From: Octopus vulgaris
Taxonomy: Eukaryota
Reading direction: 5' to 3'
Assembly (NCBI GenBank): GCA_951406725.2
Contig: OX597840.1
Coordinates: forward strand, 38,564,001-38,628,000
Length of the DNA stretch: 64,000 nucleotides
Shown: piece after piece, positions 56,464 to 64,000 of the stretch
How the letters are laid out: every line of letters starts with the position of its first letter
Position numbering within the stretch: position 1 is the first letter of the stretch
Translations under genes and position numbers: made by a program
The notes under the pieces: model-generated
What the model saw: the letters and a program-made list of their open reading frames with translations, nothing else
Told to the model about the DNA's origin: nothing
The model's database searches: none

Positions 56464-56664
56464 CAAACATACAGATATATACATACATGCATACACACAT
56501 ATATACATATATACACACATACATATATTTTATATATAATCATATATATACATATATATACAATCATATCTATATATCTATATATATTTCTGTAGGAGTG
56601 TGAATGTACCAGTATGTTAGTGTGCGTGTTTATGTGAGAGTGTGAGTGTGTATGTGTACATGTA

Positions 56665-56859
56665 TTTGGGCATTCCATAAGTTCTGTCCGAATTTTGAAT
56701 AAAGAAATCAAGTGATCAAATGATATGTTTAATTGATATTTAATCATCAATATAATTTCCCTGATTATCTATGACTTCTTGCCATCTATTTAGAAGCTTT
56801 TTAATCCCATCAGTGTAAAACTCGTCTGGTTTCAACGCGAAGAACTGTGAAATGTCTGC
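56665..56859 (-). mobile_element. Mariner 3' end (transposase C-terminus plus one TIR)
   Basis: ADISQFFALKPDEFYTDGIKKLLNRWQEVIDNQGNYIDD* (56859-56740). TA followed by the TTTGGGCATTCCATAAGTTCTGTCCG terminus, similar in style to the 5502 TIR. Confidence 0.85.
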
Positions 56860-57145
56860 TTAGTGCAAGATTTTGATACACATTTCCTTGATTTGAGTGG
56901 AGTTTCGAAGGCGGAGTAACCTGAACAGTTTCCCATCTGTTCTGATGTGGATGTAAACCCTCTTGTGCATGTTGACTCTAATGATATCAAGTACAACTGT
57001 GAGGTAAAATATGACGATCCAGGAGCCAACACGCACATCCTCCTTCACACCATGGTTGACTGCAAATTCATAACTAAATTCTCCGCCAACTGAGACAAGT
57101 CATTTCATTCCTTTATGAAATTCCTTGATAATGTCAATACATAAT
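56854..57145 (-). mobile_element. RTE-clade LINE reverse transcriptase fragment
   Basis: IIKEFHKGMK*LVSVGGEFSYEFAVNHGVKE/CVLAP.../VYIHIRTDGKLFRLLRL...IKILH*AD matches RTE GVKQGCVLAP...YRTDGKLFNL...LLYAD. Confidence 0.85.
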
Positions 57146-57541
57146 ATCAAATAATAGCTACGAAATAAAATACACAATAAATATAGATTAATAGCTGTTT
57201 AATAATTGGCAGTTCAATAATTAGCAACATCAAATTAATCACGCGACGAGCAAAGTGATGGTTCCGTGTTGGTAGATATATATCATTGGTTATTTAATAA
57301 CGATTCAACTCCTAATATACCAAACATGGTAGCAGTAATTTTATAGCAAGGCTATAATGTAGTACGATGAAACTGGTTGTTTGTGGATGTTCGTTGTACG
57401 TTGGTTTGGTTTCCTTAGACTTGAGAGAATTTATGCTTTGGAGAAATTCATTTAGACTCAAACGTGTGTAAGTTTACAGTGAATATGTGTACTTATGCTT
57501 GTGAGTGTGTATCTGTGTGAGTACGCGTGTGTACTTGTGTT

Positions 57542-57544
<3 letters not shown>

Positions 57545-57613
<69 letters not shown>

Positions 57614-57745
57614 TATATATATATGTATATATATATATATGCATATATATATATATATACATATATACATATATATGTATATATGTACATATATATATAT
57701 GCATATATATGTGCATATATATATATATGTACCTATATATATATA
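57545..57745. repeat. (TA)n-rich microsatellite
   Basis: Direct inspection. Confidence 0.95.
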
Positions 57746-57856
57746 GAGAGAGAGATACATAAATATACATGTGTTTTTATGGGTGTGAACATGTGCGTAT
57801 GAATGTATATATATGTATACATATTTCTCTTTCTCTCTCACTCTTTCTCCCTTGTG

Positions 57857-57901
<45 letters not shown>

Positions 57902-58499
57902 GTGTATGGATATGTATGTGTGTGTAGAGAGAGCGAGAGATAGAGGAGGGGAAACAGTGAGAGAAAAGTAGAGAAATAGAGAGAACATAACAGAGAGAGA
58001 CGTATAGGCAGACACCTACAAATCGCTATATTATGATCTGTAAAAAAAAAAAGCTTTCTAGGAATCTGTATTGGTTCACTATACATTATTGCAATAAATT
58101 TATGCGAGAAAATATTTGCTTTATGTCGCAGAAACGTGACGAACCTACCAGATTTCACAATATATAGAGAAAGAAAAAAATCACTGATTGACAAAGAGCT
58201 GAAGAATGGATATTTATTTTCAGGAAGACATTCCAAATAAATGGTCTGTGTTTGTTCCAAAAATGTTTTGTGTTTTTCACTGTCCTTCGTATGACATAAA
58301 TAAAACCTGCCTCGAAATTTTCAATTGACATCTGTAACGTCTTAAAATAGCTGCTCTGAGGTCTCTGATAAATATATAAATCGTTCTATGAAACGAAATA
58401 CTTTTAGCATCATCATTTTTATATAAAACTGTGTTCTTTCGTATATACTGATTGTAAGTGCTGGTGCCAATTACGACTACCCAAATCTTCTTCATGCAG

Positions 58500-58808
58500 G
58501 AATAAGCGTCGCCCTTTTCAAGGCCAGCCAGGCTCATGGGTCTTGTTTCCCGGTTTCTGTGGCGTATGTGTTCTCCTCAGCTGGACACGGCGCCAGTCCA
58601 TCGCAATATTACTCAAGAAACAGGAAAAGAGTGAGAGAAAGCTGTGGCGAAAGAGTACAACAGAGGTCACCATCACCCCCTGTCGGAGCCTCGTGTAGCT
58701 TTTAGGTGTTTTTGCTTAATAAACACTCACAACGCCCGGTCTGGGAATCGAAACCGCGATCCTCCGACCGCGAATACGCTGCCCTAACTACTAGTCCATT
58801 TTGCCTCC
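58500..58808 (-). mobile_element. SINE family A with tail type 3
   Basis: Family A head, then TGCGATGGACTGGCGCCGTGTCCAGC...CAGAAACCGGGAAAC. Perfect 10-bp TSD CTTCATGCAG (58490-58499, 58809-58818). Confidence 0.9.
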
Positions 58809-58919
58809 CTTCATGCAGTAATACTTTCATTAATGTTGGCTCAAAATCTGAAATGTGTGAGAGGAAGGATTAAAATGTCGATATTATTTCCTCAGTATTT
58901 GAACGTTACTTTTACTCTT

Positions 58920-59048
58920 GACCCGGAGAACGTCACTGGCAAATTTGTTTTCAGCAGGATTTGAACTCAGAACGTAAAATGCTCGGAGAAATGCTCCAAT
59001 GATTTCTTCTGTCCAACGCTCAAATGAATCTTCTAATCCTTCGCACTC
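58920..59048 (-). mobile_element. Old SINE family C-like fragment
   Basis: GGATTTGAACTCAGAACGTAA. Confidence 0.45.
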
Positions 59049-59445
59049 GTGCTGCAACTTAAAGCACTTAAAATCATTATATTCCGGAGCATATTGATCA
59101 GCAACATATGTCTTGTGCAAAACATTAAAATAACCGTTATTTTTTTTCACTGACCAAGCAATTATTGATCTCCTAATGTCTAATATCGGACATAATTTCC
59201 CACCAGAACATTAGAGAAAAGAAAAAAAAAACTCATTTCTATTCCCAGAAATTAGATTTTATTAAAGCTGATTGAGAGGGAATAGAAACTACGTTTGAAA
59301 TAATGGCCTAGAGTAATTTCCAACAATTGTTCCTTGGAGACTCCTAAGATATACTGGAAACGGTCAAGGCCGGAGACTTGGCTCCACCTTCTTACTAAGA
59401 ATTAAAACAAAAGTATTACACTTGCTCCAGGTAAACCGTCATATG

Positions 59446-59564
<119 letters not shown>

Positions 59565-60120
59565 GAGTTTGTATGATTGTGTATAGAGGGATATATATTA
59601 TTCAAAGAAATTCCAACTGTTTTTTATTTTATATTTTATTTATATTCTTTATAATATTAATGTAGGATATAGAAGATATAATATTAATAATATATATATA
59701 GTAAAATGAAATGAAGTATTGATTGTCTTATTGAATAGATGAAATACTGAATATTAATTATTAAGGGGCTAGTATACTTTCTTGCATTAAAGCTGTCTTC
59801 AAGGTCCCAGGTTGTGACAGGAGTGTTTCAACTGTCTATATATCTATATAGTGACCTCAAATAATATTCAGCACATGCATGAATAAAATGATAAAATACA
59901 ACATTTTAACTTATGAATTATACAAGTTTTCAGGATGCAGTCTTATGATGATGAAGAATAAGAAATGAAACTCTTCTAGGAGGGGATAGAGTCAAGCGAA
60001 AGACGAGACAGAGAAATTCTTTCAAACACAAGTGAATATGGGAGAAACAGATATAATTCCTAAAACAAGGAAATTCGAGAGTGTATATTATGTTGAGCAA
60101 ATTTAGTCTCGATAAAAGCT

Positions 60121-60346
60121 TATTTCTTTGTTGCCCAGAAGGGGCTAAACAGAGGGGACAAACAATGACAGACAAAGGTATTATTTCATCGACCCCAGCG
60201 TGTAACTGGTACTTAATTTATCAACCCCGAATGGATGAAAGGCAAAGTCGACCTCGGCAGAATTTGAACCCAGAACGTAACGACAGACGAAATACAACTC
60301 AACATTTTGCCCGGCGCGCTAACGTTTCTGCCAGCTCGCCGCCTTT
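60121..60346 (-). mobile_element. SINE family C
   Basis: Colinear with 25433-25665. Confidence 0.88.
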
Positions 60347-61399
60347 AACTGAGCAGATATATGATATAGACTATTGTCGCAAGAATTCAATCTAAGACCA
60401 TAAATAAGAAACTTGGCATTTACCGATAATTAGTTCAATAGACAAGACATAAATTCCAACCAGACAAGACACCAGACGTGACCGGGATTGAATCTGTTGA
60501 ATAGAGTGTAAAATATTTATTCTTCTTATTTAAACATTCATAGGAGGTATTCTTTAACTTATATCTATAAGACGTCGAATGGGAGATGTATTTAGCATTT
60601 TGTACTTTTATCCATGAGTTTCGTCTACGGCCATTTTTATTCTCTGGTAGTTATGTGTCTTCTGCCTTCCCTTTTAATTGCTTAATCCTCTCTTATTTTC
60701 CGAATCGAACACAACAATATAACCACTTATGTTAAAATTTCTACAAAACCCGAAGAAATCTCTCTTCTTAGACGGACGACTCTTGGCATTTATCCGACGT
60801 GAATTCCTTTGAGAATTTCATCCATCTGTGAAGGATTCCTCCGTTAAATACATTCGTTAAATTCTCATGGTATATCTTACAGAGCCATCTGCGAGTGTTT
60901 TCAGAAATAAATCACTTTAGATTAAAAGTTTCCTTCCAATATGAATTTAATATGAAATGCAATAACAATCAATGTAGTTTTTATTTTGCTTCAGTCATCT
61001 TTATTAATATTTTGTCATCATTGGGTATTTGTTTTAGTGTTTTCTTCTCGATGATAGAAAAAAAACGAAAAATGCCTGAATGTCTTTGAATGACATATCG
61101 GCGAATAGGAGCAGTGTCCTATAGCACAAGAGATGCTTTAAACGAAAAATGCAAAGCATTAAATGGAACAGAATTTAATAACAGAATGCGTTACTTAACT
61201 AAGCAATAAGGGAAAAAAATAAAGCCTAGCCCTTGCTTATGATGGATACAAAATTCCTTAAACACACCAACAACCAACAACCGAGATACTTTCACAAAAA
61301 TCATCCAGACGATACCAGGTTGTTGAATAAACGTCTATAAAATCAAACTCTCAGGAAAGGTAACACAGTATGTTACACATGGCAGAAATGATATGTTGT

Positions 61400-61920
61400 G
61401 AAGTAAAATACAAAATAGTAATTATGGGTGAGAATGTTGCAGCAAGTGATATGAGCAGCAAACTTTGTCAGTCACACAGTACAATGAGGTGAAACTCTCA
61501 TGGAATATGCCAGTGTACGAAGGTAAGAAGCTGAAATCATAACCGCCCAGATATTGTCCTACGGAAAGAGTCCCAAGAATAGACCGCCGTCGACGTCACT
61601 GTATCGGCAGAGCAGAATATTGTGAAAGTGGTGAACGAGGAAGTTGACAAGTAGTAAGATCTAATATTAGATTGAAACGAACCCACAGGGCTTTTAAAGT
61701 GAATGTGGTACCTATTGTGACCAGTGCACTGGAAACCATCTCAAACACAGCAATGAATAGGCATAAAAATCTACAGATATCAGACTATATAGGAAGTACT
61801 CATTCGGCAGCAGACTTAGAATAACACTTGTAGGAAGAAAAGCGTTCTGTTTTTAAGATGCGGGAGGGAGCTGAGACGTGGCATAGATAACTCAGAAGAG
61901 GAGAGGATAACAACAATAAT
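61400..61920 (+). mobile_element. Decayed R4/Dong-clade LINE 3' region
   Basis: Frameshifted *YEQQTLSVTQYNEVKLSWNMPVYEGKKLK/HNRPDIVL...VDVTVSAEQNI...VNVVPIVTSALETIS, matching the RPDIV and VVPIVIGALGTI motifs. Confidence 0.8.
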
Positions 61921-62738
61921 TATTATCATAAAATTTCTCACCGACACGTAACCAGATTCTGACAATTTACTAAACGCACTTTAGATAATATATTGTACAA
62001 ACTTCAGTGTAAACAAGATGGTTGTTTTGGTAATTTCATATTATTAAAATGACAATAGAAATGGTTGAATCTTCGCGGGATTCCTTAGCTGCAGTTGCCT
62101 GCTGCTGTCTTTTGCTGCCGTTATTGCTGCAACTCTGGCTATAGCTGTTTCTACTGCTGCGATTATAAATATTTTGCAAACTGCTATCTCTGACAGTTCT
62201 GTGAGTAGAAATCAATAGAATTTATAATGAATGAAATCTGATTTTAAATTGCTTTGCATTTTACATTATTCTTACTTCTACTTAATCGACCAATAGTTGC
62301 GAACATCTCTATCGAAAATTGGTTACTTTCGGAAACCCTCAATGATATACCGAGAAGAACATGAGCTTCACACATCTTTAAATATCGGTTGCATATTTTT
62401 GCGTGATATGAATCTAAGTTCAAATAGAGTTATGTCTTTCGCCTCAGATTCTCGAGAATTCTCACCAGAAATTGCAATATCCGAGAAAACGACACGTCTA
62501 GGCTAAAACGGAAATAGCAGCAGAGTGATGCAGGAAATGAGCGAAGAGTCTGGTGAAATATACGTAAATTCCTTTTAGAGCTTTGCCTTATAAGATAACT
62601 ACAAAAGGTTCTTGTCTCTCATACACTATTAAAACAATATTTGTGGTTCAATCTTCGATAAACGATTCAGAGAGCGGGAAAACACATATTAGACTTGCCT
62701 TGAGATCTAAATCAGAGTTGTACCTTAAAATTCTGAAA

Positions 62739-63075
62739 TGGGAGAACCACTTCGGTCATGAATGACCATGGGATTGCACCTAGAAAGTTACTCTCCGAGG
62801 TACAAGTCCGAGCAAGGTTGTTTATGGAAGGCCAGCAGTCACCCAAACATACCATCCTCCCCTCTCCACACCACCAGTGTTATCCAATGGAAAGGCAAAG
62901 GGGCCGATACAGCTTGGCGCCAGTAATGTCGCAACTCAATTCTACAGCTGAGTTAACTGGAGCAACGTGAAATAAAGTGTCTTGCTCAAGAACAAAACAC
63001 GCAGCCCGGTGCGGGAATCTCACAACCTCACGATCGTAAACTTGACGCTCTAAGCACTGCGCCATGCGCCTTCAC
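62739..63075 (-). mobile_element. tRNA-derived CORE-like SINE, family D
   Basis: Head GAAGGCGCATGGCGCAGTGCTTAGAGCG, CORE-like TTCTTGAGCAAGACACTTT; TSD AATTCTGAAA (62729-62738, 63078-63087). Confidence 0.8.
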
Positions 63076-63424
63076 AGAATTCTGAAAACATTGTTACTAT
63101 TCTACCTATAGATAGATTCTTAAAACTAAAAGAAATCCGATGTTTTGTCCAACTGCCTCTAATATAAACTTTTATTTCTCAGACTGAAAACAAGGTCAGG
63201 TGGAAGAGTCTTTCATCAATTGCCAGATATTAAAACTACAATGACGAGGTCTCTTTTGTTTAAATATTCAGAATTTCATCGGCTGTAAAAGAAAACAAAA
63301 CCCATAAAATGGTACATTTTTTTTTTTTAATAATGAAAGGAAAAAAATGAATTAGATGACCGCTATGTAACTAGTTACATATTCACGAAGACACTCATTT
63401 TTGGATATCTTGTATATTACATAT

Positions 63425-63842
63425 TTTACCTTTTCCTTGTTTCAGTCGTTAGAGGCCATCCAAGGCCATGCTGGGGCACCACCTTGTATGATTTTAGTCG
63501 AATGAATCAACCCAAAACCTTTTATCATGGAAGCCTGGTACATATTCTGTCAGTCCCTTTCTTCGCTTTTTCCGAACCACTAAGTTACAGTGGTGTAAAC
63601 ACACCACCACCGGTTGTCAAGTGGTGAGTGGGAAAAAAACAGTAGACACAGAGAAACACACAGATATGTAAGTATATGATGGGCTTCTTTCAGCTTCCAT
63701 TTTCCGAATCCATTCACATGGCTATGGTCGGTCCGATGATAGAGTAGAACGTATCTTCCGAATCTGCCACGCAGAGGGACTGAACCCGAAAACATGTGTT
63801 TGAGAATAAAACGGCTAACCACACAGCCACATATCCACCTAT
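63425..63842 (-). mobile_element. Old diverged SINE family B copy
   Basis: TTGTTTCAGTC...GTAAACACACCACCACCGGTTGTCAAG...GGGACTGAACCCG...ACCACACAGCCAC. Confidence 0.8.
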
Positions 63843-64000
63843 TTTAGGTGTTATTATTACTATTTATTTTCGGAGTAATTAATGATTTGTGTCTTGCGTA
63901 AAATTGACAAGATATTTACAATTTCTATGGAGCACAAATATATTCATTTGAAATTTTAAAACTGTCATGATGCATGCTGAGAACGAAGAAATATTTCAAA

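Noticed and set aside
59810-59880. Minus-strand GAAA-CACTCCTG-TC-ACAAC, a possible hammerhead 3' half
   Set aside because: No matching CUGANGA with complementary helix I upstream

Overview
This is AT-rich eukaryotic intergenic or intronic DNA with no host protein-coding gene that I can support. Almost all listed ORFs are translations of microsatellites. The repeat content (very dense (TA)n, (GATA)n and (AAT)n, plus several tRNA-derived SINE families) suggests a cephalopod, probably octopus; that assignment is inference from recall. The window holds four SINE families (labelled A-D here), two mariner remnants, a Tc1-like remnant, fragments of R4/Dong, CR1 and RTE LINEs, and four non-autonomous Helitron/Helentron-type elements. 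The main result is five unrelated non-coding repeat families that each carry a type I hammerhead ribozyme fold (CUGANGA...GAAA...UH) with a palindromic helix III. Two form young tandem arrays, with 479-bp units at 31741-33616 (folded back head-to-head, four ribozymes) and 535-bp units at 50055-51177. Most are anchored in (TA)n. One old family is linked to a decayed GIY-YIG endonuclease frame, which points to a Penelope-like / retrozyme system. All folds and alignments were read by eye; none was computed.
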